The notes under the pieces: generated by a model
Told to the model about the DNA's origin: nothing
Seen by the model: the letters and a program-made list of their open reading frames with translations, nothing else
Databases searched by the model: none
Program-made: the position numbers and the translations under genes
Assembly (NCBI GenBank): GCA_963732385.1
Contig: CAVSZB010000006.1
Span: forward strand, 32,001-96,000
Direction of reading: 5' to 3'
Length of the DNA: 64,000 bases
DNA from: an uncultured bacterium
GTDB lineage: Bacteria > Krumholzibacteriota > Krumholzibacteriia > LZORAL124-64-63
In this document: in pieces, positions 38,317 to 47,747 of the stretch
How the letters are laid out: every line of letters starts with the position of its first letter
Position numbering within the stretch: the stretch's first letter is position 1

Positions 38317-38457
38317 TGTCCCTCCCAATAATTCGATCCGGCAAAGGATCGGACCGATCCGCGGGTGAACCGCAACTGAGACAATGCGGACGGAGTTATT
38401 GGCAGGCGCATTGTCGGATAGGACGAATCCGCCAACAGTACCGGATATGGTCGGCGG

Positions 38458-39765
38458 CTACCCCTGTCGATTCAAGGAACCGGCAAAATAGAGGGGGATG
38501 AAGCGTAACCGCTGTTCAGGCAGCTCAGCGAAGGGGGCGCAGGAAAGGACGATGCCGTCCCGGCAGCCCGGATGGTCTTTGAGTAGCTGGTGGAGGCTTT
38601 TCAGGCTGCCCGCACTCCCGCTCTTCACTTCGACAGGCTGGATGCCGTTGTGCAGTTCCACGAGATAATCCACCTCGGCGGTGCTGTTCTTTGACTCGCG
38701 CTTCCACCAGTGGAGTTCATGTCCCGGCAGGGAGGCGGCGAGTTCCTGCCCGACAAACTGTTCGGCAAGGGCCCCCCGATAGATGGCCAGCAAATCCTGT
38801 TGCGCCCATTCATCGGTGGCGGTGCGGTTGCAGACAGATTGCATCAGCCCGATGTCGCCCAGGATTGTTTTGATGCGGGGAGTCGCCACGCAACTCAAAG
38901 GGAGCCCGTTCGCCGAGGCGGCATAAACAGGACGCAGCAAACGGGCCGTCGAAAGGACTTGAAAGGCTTTTTTATTGGTGGTGCCTGAGTAATCCTGAGC
39001 CAGGCGGGCATAGGCGATTTGATCGCCCACGGCTTTGGCCGCGTTCGCCCAGACTGTTTCGAGACAGTGTCGGTCAACCCTCGGTGTGTATTTGGAGAAA
39101 TCCTGCTGAAGGGCGGACAGCAGATTGTTCTGTTCGGCACGCACGTCCAGAATGCTTTGCGTGTCCAACCAAGTTTGAACGCATCGGGGCATTCCGCCGA
39201 TCATCCAGTAGCGGCGCAATTCGTGCAAAAGGGTTTCATGGACGGCCGGGGAAAGGCGACAGGGCGGCGCCAGGAGCAGGTCGGCCATCGTGGTATGTCC
39301 GGTCGCGTTCAGATACTCACCGAAGGTCATGGGAAAGAGATCCAGAAACTGGACGCGCCCGACAGGGAAAGAGATGCTTTCCAGGGCAAAATCCAGGAGG
39401 GAGCCGGCAGCGGCAACATGCAACCCCGGCATCTGCTCGTAGAAGTAGCGCAACGACGCCAACGCGCGGGGGCATTGCTGAACCTCGTCGAAAACCAGGA
39501 GGGTTTTGCCCGCGCGGATCGGTTGCCCCAAAAGGAGTTCCAGTTCCGTAAGGATCCGTTTAGGGTCAAGGTCGGCTTCGAAAACCGACTGCCATTTCCG
39601 GCTATGCTCGAAGTCGATGAGGCGCAGGCCGCCTGGGAATGACGTGTTGGCGAACTCCCGGAGGCACCAGGTTTTTCCTGTCTGACGCAATCCCCGCAGG
39701 ATTAGCGGCTTCCGCTGAGGCGAGTCCCTCCACTGCCCCAACTTATCAAGGAAAAACCGTTTCAT
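38458..39765 (-). CDS. AAA+ ATPase with DUF4143 and PD-(D/E)xK-like C-terminus
   Basis: 'GLRQTGKT', 'FDEVQ', 'AAGSLL', 'FPVGRV', 'GGMP', 'AEVDY...PVEVKSG'; lower GC than flanks. Confidence 0.88.
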   Translation of the reverse strand: MKRFFLDKLGQWRDSPQRKPLILRGLRQTGKTWCLREFANTSFPGGLRLIDFEHSRKWQSVFEADLDPKRILTELELLLGQPIRAGKTLLVFDEVQQCPRALASLRYFYEQMPGLHVAAAGSLLDFALESISFPVGRVQFLDLFPMTFGEYLNATGHTTMADLLLAPPCRLSPAVHETLLHELRRYWMIGGMPRCVQTWLDTQSILDVRAEQNNLLSALQQDFSKYTPRVDRHCLETVWANAAKAVGDQIAYARLAQDYSGTTNKKAFQVLSTARLLRPVYAASANGLPLSCVATPRIKTILGDIGLMQSVCNRTATDEWAQQDLLAIYRGALAEQFVGQELAASLPGHELHWWKRESKNSTAEVDYLVELHNGIQPVEVKSGSAGSLKSLHQLLKDHPGCRDGIVLSCAPFAELPEQRLRFIPLYFAGSLNRQG

Positions 39766-39813
39766 ATCCTATACCTCACGTTTTTAGTCTGCTTCGTGCT
39801 GCGGGACGGGTAA

Positions 39814-39859
39814 ATAATACCACAATATTTAGAATTACCAAGGGTGTTTGTGGTATTAT
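39814..39859. promoter_or_regulatory. Perfect 12-bp inverted repeat upstream of the ATPase gene
   Basis: ATAATACCACAA (39814-39825) ... TTGTGGTATTAT (39848-39859). Confidence 0.55.
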
Positions 39860-39980
39860 GATTGAGAAATACCAATGGTGTTTGCTGTGGCCAAGGACAT
39901 GATCCCGCGAAGGCGCTCATCTCCCTCCCAAAACTTCGTCCTCCTTGCCGGTGTGGCAGTTACGGCTGATTGGTCATAAT

Positions 39981-40109
39981 CGTCGGATCCACTTGGACGC
40001 ACTACGTCCGAGCCGCGCCTGGTGCCACATGCTGCCGGCCGCAGTTTTCAGTTCCTGCCTCGCGTTGATCTTCGGGATCGCCGGCATGAAGTTCAACCGC
40101 GCCGGCGCG
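39981..40109 (+). pseudogene. Degenerate duplicate of part of the DMT gene (copy of 38022-38150)
   Basis: Ungapped 129-nt alignment, ~19 mismatches by hand count. Confidence 0.85.
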
Positions 40110-40122
40110 TCAGGGCCGGGCC
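40103..40122. repeat. 20-bp direct repeat, copy 2 (contains rarD stop codon)
   Basis: Identical to 38297-38316. Confidence 0.85.
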
Positions 40123-41006
40123 GGCGCGCGCGCATCGCGGATCGCGTCCACGGTGTAGATCGCGAGCGCCGTCCAGATGCAGCCGAAGGCCACGCGGTGC
40201 GCCGGCGTGAAGCGCTCCCCGAACGCCGTCACGGCGAGCAGGAACTGGAGCGACGGCGCCAGGTACTGCAGGAAGCCGATCGTGGCGAGCCGCAGGCGGC
40301 GCGCCGCGTTGGCGAACCAGAGCAGCGGCAGCGCCGTGATCGGGCCGGCCGCCACGAGCAGCAGGTCGAGCCCCGCGCCCCGGTGCAGGAACGCCAGCTG
40401 TCCGGTCGCGTGCGCCCGCACGAGAAACAGCGCCGCCAGCGGCAGCAGCAGCAGGGTTTCGAAGGCGAGCCCGGTCAGCGCGTCGGCGCGCACCTTCTTG
40501 CGCAGCAGCCCGTACAGGCCGAAACTCACCGCCAGCACCAGCGCCACGACCGGCACCTCCCTGAAGCTTGCCCCGAGCCAGGCCACTCCCACGATCGCCA
40601 GCAGCACGCTCCAGCGCTGCGCCGTCCGCAGCCGCTCCCCGAGGAAGAGGAAGCCGAGCAGGACGTTCACCAGCGGGTTGATGTAGTAGCCGAGGCTCGC
40701 CTGCAGCACGTGCCCGGTCGTGACGGCCACGATGAAGACGTACCAGTTGGTGGCGATAAGGACCGTCGTGGCGGCCAGCGTGAGCAGGGTGCGCCGGTGG
40801 CGGACGGCGGCTGCGAGCTCGCGCAACCGCCCGCGCGCGGCCGCGAACAGGAGCAGAAACAGCGCCGACCAGATGATGCGGTGCGACAGCACCTCGAGCG
40901 GCGTCACCGTCTGCACGGCCCGGAAATAGAGGGCGATGAACCCCCACCAGCCGTAGGCGAGAAAGCCGTAGAGGACGCCGCGGCGTGTTCCGGCGGTGTC
41001 GGTCAC
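40110..41006 (-). CDS. rarD: EamA-family transporter RarD
   Basis: 'HRIIWS', 'NWYVFI', 'ASLGYYINPLVNV', 'YGLLRK', 'GFLQYLAPSLQF'. Confidence 0.92.
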   Translation of the reverse strand: MTDTAGTRRGVLYGFLAYGWWGFIALYFRAVQTVTPLEVLSHRIIWSALFLLLFAAARGRLRELAAAVRHRRTLLTLAATTVLIATNWYVFIVAVTTGHVLQASLGYYINPLVNVLLGFLFLGERLRTAQRWSVLLAIVGVAWLGASFREVPVVALVLAVSFGLYGLLRKKVRADALTGLAFETLLLLPLAALFLVRAHATGQLAFLHRGAGLDLLLVAAGPITALPLLWFANAARRLRLATIGFLQYLAPSLQFLLAVTAFGERFTPAHRVAFGCIWTALAIYTVDAIRDARAPARP

Positions 41007-41626
41007 CGGGCGGTCCCTTCCACGCTGGCGCTTTGGGGGCGCCGCCACGGGAAGAACGTCGGCACTTCGCGCCGGTACTGCGCGTAGGCATCGCCGAACT
41101 CCGCCATCAGCTTGCGCTCCTCGATCCGGACCCCGATGAGGAAGTAGAGCAGGAACACCGTGCGGTACGCCGCGCCGACATCGGTCACATCCCGCGCGAA
41201 CAGCACCACCAGCAGGCCGGCCCCGTACCACGGATGCCGCACCCGCGCCAGCACGCCGTTGCGCCGCAACTCGGCGGGCGCCGTGGCCCGGCCCGTCCGC
41301 CGCTCCGCGATCTGGCGCAGCCCGAGGAACGCCCGGCCGTCGTACGCCAGCGCTCCCGCCACCATGAGCGCCGCCGCCCCCGCCAGCGCCGTCCAGCGGA
41401 CGACGCCCAACACCCCGTCGAAGCGCATGATCGTGTGATGCGGCAGCCCGTGCACATACCGCATCAGCACCATCAGGCTCACCGCCGCCACGCAGACATA
41501 GACCAGACGCTCGAACGCCCCGAGCGCCGCACGCAGCCGCCGCTGCACGCCCGGGACGATCCACAGCGAGTGGACCGCGCACCAGGCGACCGTCGGCGGG
41601 ATCGCAGCGAGAGGATACGGGATCAT
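41003..41626 (-). CDS. Isoprenylcysteine carboxyl methyltransferase-like (NnrU/MddA/nurim-like) membrane protein
   Basis: 'VHSL', 'FLGLRQ', 'RVRHPWY', 'EERKL..FG..Y..YR..VP'. Confidence 0.75.
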   Translation of the reverse strand: MIPYPLAAIPPTVAWCAVHSLWIVPGVQRRLRAALGAFERLVYVCVAAVSLMVLMRYVHGLPHHTIMRFDGVLGVVRWTALAGAAALMVAGALAYDGRAFLGLRQIAERRTGRATAPAELRRNGVLARVRHPWYGAGLLVVLFARDVTDVGAAYRTVFLLYFLIGVRIEERKLMAEFGDAYAQYRREVPTFFPWRRPQSASVEGTAR

Positions 41627-42192
41627 AAGGCCTCCTCGCGGTTTGGCGGACGTGGCCTCCGCAGCGCGAAGCCGGCCAGGCCGATCAGCCCGATCAAAGC
41701 CAGCACCGGCAGCGCGAGCGCGGCGACCGCGATCATCAGGGCCCCCGCCGACTCGACGCCGGCGAAGACCGGATTGGCCAGACCGCCGGTGGCGAACGTG
41801 GAGCCGAGCCGCACCGCCGCCGTCAACCCATGGAACAGTCCGGCGACCCCGCCCCCGGCGACGACCGCCAGCGTCCAGCGCAAAAATGGCGGCAGCGCGT
41901 CGGTCGCCGCCGCCAGGGCGATGACCCCGGCCGTGGCGGCCAGCGGCGCCCCTGCGGCATCGAGCAGGTGATCGAGCCACGGCAAGTGGTAGGCGGCGAT
42001 CTCCACCGTCGTCGCCACACCGAGCGCGATCAGGGCGGGGGTCGCGCCGAGCCAGGCGAAGCCTTCGGCCGGGGTGAAGTGCCCCGTGTGCGCCGCCGCG
42101 CTCATCACCAGCAGCGGCAGGAACACGCGCAGACCGCAAGCCGCGGCCAGCGCGATGCCGGCCAGAACCCCCAGAACGGTCTCGGAAACCAT
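41623..42192 (-). CDS. DUF4126 family membrane protein
   Basis: 'LAAACGLRVFLPL', 'EIAAYHLPWLDHLLD', 'TGGLANP'. Confidence 0.85.
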   Translation of the reverse strand: MVSETVLGVLAGIALAAACGLRVFLPLLVMSAAAHTGHFTPAEGFAWLGATPALIALGVATTVEIAAYHLPWLDHLLDAAGAPLAATAGVIALAAATDALPPFLRWTLAVVAGGGVAGLFHGLTAAVRLGSTFATGGLANPVFAGVESAGALMIAVAALALPVLALIGLIGLAGFALRRPRPPNREEAL

Positions 42193-42305
42193 GACTCCAC
42201 TCCCGCCGCGCCGTTGTTGCCCCGGCGATTCCTGCTACCATGTGCAGGCGCCCCGCGCGCGCCGCCGTCTCAGCGCATCATACCTGTCACGATCGGAAGA
42301 GAGCG

Positions 42306-42746
42306 ATGTCCATCTTCGAAGATCTCGCCGGCAAGCTGCAGGAAAAGTACGGACCGGGCGCCGAGGGCAACAAGACCGCCGCCCAGGCCCTGAAGCTGAT
42401 CGAGGGCATGGACAACGGCCTCGACGGCCTCGTGGCGAAGTTCGAGCAGGCCGGTTTCAGGGAACAGGCCCAGTCATGGGTCGCCAGGGGCAGGAACCTG
42501 CCGGTCACCGCCGCCCAGGTGAAGGCCGCCCTCGGCCCCGAACTCGAGAAGTTCGCCCAGAAGGCCGACCTGACGGTCGACGCCGCGGCCGCGAAAATCG
42601 CCGAAGTCATGCCGCTGATCGTCGACAAGCTGACCCCCGACGGCATGGCCCCGAAGGCCGCCGAACTGAAGCAGCAGCTCGGCCGTCTCGCCGACAGGCT
42701 GACCGGCAAGGGGGGCCCGGGACCGACGCCGCCGGCGGCGGGCTGA
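42306..42746 (+). CDS. YidB (DUF937) family protein
   Basis: 'GLDGLVAKFEQAG', 'SWVARGRNLPV', 'P.IVDKLTPDG'. Confidence 0.88.
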   Translation: MSIFEDLAGKLQEKYGPGAEGNKTAAQALKLIEGMDNGLDGLVAKFEQAGFREQAQSWVARGRNLPVTAAQVKAALGPELEKFAQKADLTVDAAAAKIAEVMPLIVDKLTPDGMAPKAAELKQQLGRLADRLTGKGGPGPTPPAAG

Positions 42747-42923
42747 GGCGGCCGCCCGCGCCAAGCTGAGCCTTATGCATTGTGGCGCAATGGCTTGGAT
42801 AATTCCGCAGGCAACTGCGCTTTGGTCCTGACCATTCCGCAGCCTTGAAGCGAACCGCGGCGACGCCTATTCCACCTTTGCCGCGCCCCCCGGTATTGCA
42901 CGCGGAAGCTGATCAGGAACGCG

Positions 42924-42949
42924 AAAGGGCGGCCCCACGGCCGCCCTTT
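42924..42949. terminator. Intrinsic terminator downstream of the aconitase gene
   Basis: AAAGGGCGGCC-CCAC-GGCCGCCCTTT perfect 11-bp stem. Confidence 0.7.
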
Positions 42950-42974
42950 CCCCTTTTCACGGCGTCGCCGGAGC

Positions 42975-44930
42975 TCAGCCGTTGCCCAGCGCCCGCCTGA
43001 CCTGGTTCTCCACGCCGCCCGCCACGACGATCTCCTGCACGGTCGTGCCGAGCGCAGCGAAGCCGTACTCGGTGCCGCGCCAGGTAGCGACGGCGCGGGC
43101 GAAGTCGAGGGTGAGCGTGTCGCCGGTGACGATGGTCTTGTCGCCCGACTTCACGCGCTGGCCGAAGGCGGTCTTCATCGCCTTCACCAGGTCGGGGCTC
43201 TCGACGCAGGCGTAGCCGTTGTTGAAGGCGTTGCGCAGATACGTCTGCGAGAAGCTGCCGGCGACGACGAGGGCGATCTTCGCGGCCTGCAGCGCGGTCA
43301 CGGCCTGCTCGCGCGAGGAGCCGGTGCCGAAGTTGAAGCCGCCGACGATCAGGTCGCCCGGCTGCATGATCGCGGTGAAGGTGGGGTCGTAGTTGGCCAT
43401 GACGACCTGGGCCATCATCGCGGGGGTCATGTCGTCGCGGTAGGTGTAGTCCTTGCCGTAGATGCCGTCGGTGTTGAGGTTGTCCTGCGGCAGGAAGAGG
43501 GCGCGCCCCTCGAGCTTGGCCGGGAAGCCCGGCACGATGTCGATCTTCACGGCGGCCTTGCGGGCGCTGAACTCGCGGAAGCGCTTCTCGAGCTTCATCG
43601 TCTCGACCTGCATCTCCGCGGGGCCGGCGATGTGGCCCGCCACGGCCGAGGCGGCCACGACGGCCGGGCTGGCCAGGTAGCACTTCGCCTCGCGGCTGCC
43701 CATGCGCCCCTTGAAGTTGCGGTTGGTGGCGGAGATGCCGACCTCGCCCGCTTCGAGCAGGCCGGTGCCCAGGCCGATGCACGGCCCGCAGCTCGGCGGC
43801 AGCGGCTGCGCGCCGGCCGCCACGAGGGTCTGCCAGGAGCCGTCGGCCTCGGCCGCCTCCTGCACCGACTTCGAGGCGGCGGCCACGAAGAACGTCACCT
43901 GCGGGGCCACTTTCTTCCCCTTGATCACCTTCGCGGCGGCCTGCAGGTCGGTCAGCCGGCTGTTCACGCAGGAGAGCAGGTAGGCCTTCTGCACCGGGAT
44001 CTTCAGCGCGGCCAGTTCGGAGAGCGGGGCCGCCTTCTGCACGCTGTCGGGGCCGCTCACGTAGGGGCTGACGGATGCCAGGTCGAGCACGATCTCGGCG
44101 GCGTAGGCGGCGTCGGGGTCGGAGCGGGGGGGATCGGCCGCCCAGGCGGCGATCTGCGGTTCGCTCAGCCGGTCGGTCAGGCCGCGCGCGGTCAGACTCG
44201 CCAGCCGCTGGCGCAGGTAGGCGATGGTGACGGCGTCGACCGGGAACCAGCCGACCAGGGCGCCCCACTCGGTGGTCATGTTGGCGATGGCGAGACGCTC
44301 GTCCACCGACAGGCTCGTCACGCCGGGCCCGGCGAACTCGACCGCGGCGTTGAGCACCTCTTCCGCATTGTAGAGGCCGCAGAGCGTGACGATGACATCC
44401 TTGCCGGTGACGCCGGGGCGCAGCGTGCCCTCGAGCACGACCCTGATCATGCGCGGCACCTGCCACCAGAACGTGCCGGTGACCCAGGCGGCGGCGGCGT
44501 CGGTGCGCACGATCGGCGTGCCGACCGCGCCGAGCCCGCCGTACATGTTCGAGTGGCTGTCGCTCGCCACGACGAAGCCGCCCGGCTTCACGAAGCCCTC
44601 TTCGACCATGACCTGATGCCCGATGCCGTAGCCGGCCGGGTGGAAACGGATCCCCTGCTCCTTCGCGAACGCCTCGATGGCGGCGTACTTCGCCAGGTTC
44701 TTGGGGTCGGTGTTCTGGATCTCGTGGTCGAGGGCGAACACCGGCTGCCCCGGGTCGCGCACCTTCTTCGCGCCGAGCCCCTTGAACTTGCTCAGCACCG
44801 CCGAGGTGTTGTCGTGCGTCATCACATGGTCGGGGCGGATCGTGACGAAGTCGTTCGCGTGGACCTCCCACCCTTTGGGCAGTCCCACCGCGTGCGCCTG
44901 CGTGATCTTCTCGATGACCGTCTGGGCCAT
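42975..44930 (-). CDS. Single-chain aconitase-family hydratase, homoaconitase (LysF/Lys4)-like
   Basis: 'MTHDN', 'DSHSNMYG', Fe-S ligands 'SCVNSR' and 'CGPCIG', 'TNRNFKGRMG', fused swivel domain 'NTDGIY...NFGTGSSREQA'. Confidence 0.85.
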   Translation of the reverse strand: MAQTVIEKITQAHAVGLPKGWEVHANDFVTIRPDHVMTHDNTSAVLSKFKGLGAKKVRDPGQPVFALDHEIQNTDPKNLAKYAAIEAFAKEQGIRFHPAGYGIGHQVMVEEGFVKPGGFVVASDSHSNMYGGLGAVGTPIVRTDAAAAWVTGTFWWQVPRMIRVVLEGTLRPGVTGKDVIVTLCGLYNAEEVLNAAVEFAGPGVTSLSVDERLAIANMTTEWGALVGWFPVDAVTIAYLRQRLASLTARGLTDRLSEPQIAAWAADPPRSDPDAAYAAEIVLDLASVSPYVSGPDSVQKAAPLSELAALKIPVQKAYLLSCVNSRLTDLQAAAKVIKGKKVAPQVTFFVAAASKSVQEAAEADGSWQTLVAAGAQPLPPSCGPCIGLGTGLLEAGEVGISATNRNFKGRMGSREAKCYLASPAVVAASAVAGHIAGPAEMQVETMKLEKRFREFSARKAAVKIDIVPGFPAKLEGRALFLPQDNLNTDGIYGKDYTYRDDMTPAMMAQVVMANYDPTFTAIMQPGDLIVGGFNFGTGSSREQAVTALQAAKIALVVAGSFSQTYLRNAFNNGYACVESPDLVKAMKTAFGQRVKSGDKTIVTGDTLTLDFARAVATWRGTEYGFAALGTTVQEIVVAGGVENQVRRALGNG

Positions 44931-45085
44931 GATCGTCCTCCGGGTAAGGCCTGAAGGGCGGGGGGTGGCGCCGGCACGGCGCCGTCCCCGGTGACTCCAA
45001 CTTGCGCGTTGGCGGCCGATTTTCAAGTCCGGAGAGGGGGCGGGGTCGGGCCGGGTGGACAGCCGGCGGCGCCGGCCGCCGCCGC

Positions 45086-46474
45086 CTAGGCCCGCCCGAC
45101 GGGGCGGTCAGCCGTCAGCCTGGCCATCAGATCGCTCACCAGCGGCGCCCGCTCCGCCACGGCCAGCGCCTCCTTCATCTCGCGCAGCCGCGCCGGCGTG
45201 CAGACCGGCTCGGCCAGCGCGTCGAACTTGACCTCGAGTTCGGCGTCGGTCATCGGATTGCGCGGATCCCCCTTGGGATAGTCGAGGGCGCGCGTCAGCT
45301 CGCGCCCATCGTTGGTGACGATCGTCACCACGACCTTCTGCAGCGCCGGGAATGCCGCCTCGATCTCGGGATCGGCCGTGACCTTCACCTTGGGCAACTG
45401 CGCCCGGATGACCGGGTCCATGATGCGCCCCGCCTCGAACTGCTCCGGCGTCACTTTCCGATCGACGATCGCCGCCGCGATGCAGTAGGGGAGGCTGTGG
45501 TCGGCCGTCTCCTTGGAGCGCGGATCGTACTTGCTCGGGTCGGCCAGGATGTCGGCCGCGCGGGCGAGCGAGCGGATCCGCACCTCGACCACCTGCTCCG
45601 GACGCAGATCGTGGTCGCGCACCAGATCGAGCGTGGCCGAAATCGGCGCATGCGTGAGCGCCTCGGTCGGAAACGACTTCATCCCGCACTTCAGGATGCG
45701 CCAACTCTCGCCGAGCCCGTCGGTGAGGATGTCCCAGCGCCAGTCGGTCCTGATGACGTGGCCCAGCCCCTCCTTCCCGTCGAGCACATGCTCGGGGCCG
45801 GTGTACCCCTGCTCCGCCAGCAGCGCAGCCAGCACCCCGCTCTGCGTGGCGAGCGGATCGACCGTGTTCTTCATCATGGTCAGCTTCCCCGCCGTGACCG
45901 ACCCCGGCGTGCAGTGCCGCGACGCCGAGATCCCGATCGCATGCTGGATCCGCTCCCCATCGAGCCCCAGCAGCCGCCCCGCCACGATGGGGGAGGCGAT
46001 CGCCGTCAGCGTGGCATGGTGCCACCCCACCTCCCGCACCCCGGGGAAGGAGACCTCGCACAACCGCTGCTCGATCTCATAGGCGATGGCGATCCCGACC
46101 ATCAGCTCGCGCCCCCCGAGCCTCTGCCGCTCCGCGATCGCCAGCGCCGCCGGAATGATGTCACTGGGATGCGACGGATCCTGCTTCCAGTAGATGTCGT
46201 TGTAGTCCATGACCCGGATCAGCAGGGCATTGGCCAGCGAGGCCGAGACCGGGTCCATGCGCGTGCCGGCCCCGATCACCGTGGCGAGGCCGGGGCCGGC
46301 GATCTCGCCGAGAACCTTCAGCGCGATCCGGCAGTCATGCTGCCGCAGCCCTCCGAGGGCGCACCCCACGCTGTCGAACAGGAAACGACGGCACTCCCGC
46401 ACCACGGCGTCGGGCAGATCCTCGTAGCGCACGGCGGCGGCCCAGTCGGCCAGCGGACGGGTCACGTTCGGCAT
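45086..46474 (-). CDS. prpD: MmgE/PrpD family protein (2-methylcitrate dehydratase-like)
   Basis: 'RVMDYND', 'HPSD', 'GWHH', 'ETADHSLPY', 'PKGDPRNP'. Confidence 0.85.
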   Translation of the reverse strand: MPNVTRPLADWAAAVRYEDLPDAVVRECRRFLFDSVGCALGGLRQHDCRIALKVLGEIAGPGLATVIGAGTRMDPVSASLANALLIRVMDYNDIYWKQDPSHPSDIIPAALAIAERQRLGGRELMVGIAIAYEIEQRLCEVSFPGVREVGWHHATLTAIASPIVAGRLLGLDGERIQHAIGISASRHCTPGSVTAGKLTMMKNTVDPLATQSGVLAALLAEQGYTGPEHVLDGKEGLGHVIRTDWRWDILTDGLGESWRILKCGMKSFPTEALTHAPISATLDLVRDHDLRPEQVVEVRIRSLARAADILADPSKYDPRSKETADHSLPYCIAAAIVDRKVTPEQFEAGRIMDPVIRAQLPKVKVTADPEIEAAFPALQKVVVTIVTNDGRELTRALDYPKGDPRNPMTDAELEVKFDALAEPVCTPARLREMKEALAVAERAPLVSDLMARLTADRPVGRA

Positions 46475-46811
46475 GACGGGTCAGCTCCTGATATTGGGGT
46501 CAGTGACGGTGAAGGCGCGGTAGGGGAACAGGCTAGGCATGGGGGGGCGGGGGCGCCACACGGAGTGGGCGATGCGTCGGCATGGACCCTGTCGGGACCG
46601 CCTTTCATATCAACACGGTCTTGACGATATGCCTAATCTGACATATGCTCTCCCTCCTGCCCCCCACGGTGGAGGCCGCCGATCCAACGGTGACCGTCGA
46701 CCTGCTTCTCAAAGCCCTGCTTGCTCTGGGGATGACGAAGAAGCAACTCGCGAAGATTGTCGCCTGAAGATTCCGGTCTGGGGGCCGGGTCAATTGTTGT
46801 GGCGCACCATG

Positions 46812-47747
46812 CTATGATGGCCTGCGGCGCTGGATCACCCGACGCAATTCGTTCATGACTTCCGGACCGTCGAGAAACTGCCCGCCATCCGCCTGGTCGA
46901 TCCCTTTCTGTATGGCGCTGCGCAGGGATTGGTCAACCGTGCCTTTCCACGGCTCACCGGCCAGGAGCGCCACGAGCTTCTGCAGGACGGCATCGAGCGC
47001 GGCCTCGAAATCCCAGACGAAGCCGGGCCGAAGGAGCGGCCCCATGTCGTTGCGGAAGTCGGGATCGTTACGCTTGCCGGCGAGGTTCTCCTCGAACTGC
47101 GCGCGGGTGACGGTGCGGCCTTCTTCCGTCAGATAGCGCTGGAGGCACGAGAGGAGGACCTTCGGGTCGAGACGACCCAGCTCGAGCGCGTGCCAGAGGT
47201 CGAAGAGGTCCCGTCCCTTCCTGCGCTGGTAGAGCGCGCGGAGCTTGGTGCAGAGCAGCTCGTCGAGCGAGTAGGTCGCGACGTCCGCGGCGCCCGTGTA
47301 CCAAGGGTTGTCGACCCGGAAGGGAACGCGCACCACGCCCAGTTCGGTGAAGTGCTCACGCGTGTTGATCTCGACCTTGAGCCGCAGCCTCAACGGCGGC
47401 ACGTCCTCGGAATCGAAGCGGTACACCAAGCTGACCCGACCTTCCCTGAGGAGGCGGCGCGGAGCTCCCAGCCACGGATCGAGCACCGTCCGCGCCCGGT
47501 CGAGCGTGTGGCCGATGGGCTCGGGGCGGGCCTGCACCAGATCGATGTCCTCGGAGTACCTGGCCGGCGGGTCGAGGTAGAGCTTGTAGAGCGCGGTGCC
47601 GCCGCGGAAGACGAGGCTGTTCGCGATCTCCGGAACCCGGAACAGTTCCACGATCGCCCGGCAGATGATGAGGTCCTGCTCGACCTGTGCGTCGAGGAGC
47701 CACGGCGCCCGCGACCGCCATGCGGTGATGTGTGCTATCGGAATCAT
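46812..47747 (-). CDS. AbiEii-type nucleotidyltransferase toxin with C-terminal extension
   Basis: 'QVEQDL', 'FRGGTAL', 'RYSEDIDL', 'KLRALYQR.KGRDLFDL'. Confidence 0.9.
   Translation of the reverse strand: MIPIAHITAWRSRAPWLLDAQVEQDLIICRAIVELFRVPEIANSLVFRGGTALYKLYLDPPARYSEDIDLVQARPEPIGHTLDRARTVLDPWLGAPRRLLREGRVSLVYRFDSEDVPPLRLRLKVEINTREHFTELGVVRVPFRVDNPWYTGAADVATYSLDELLCTKLRALYQRRKGRDLFDLWHALELGRLDPKVLLSCLQRYLTEEGRTVTRAQFEENLAGKRNDPDFRNDMGPLLRPGFVWDFEAALDAVLQKLVALLAGEPWKGTVDQSLRSAIQKGIDQADGGQFLDGPEVMNELRRVIQRRRPS

Noticed and set aside
39945..41087. 380-aa plus-strand ORF
   Set aside because: Chimera of the duplicated DMT fragment and the antisense of rarD.
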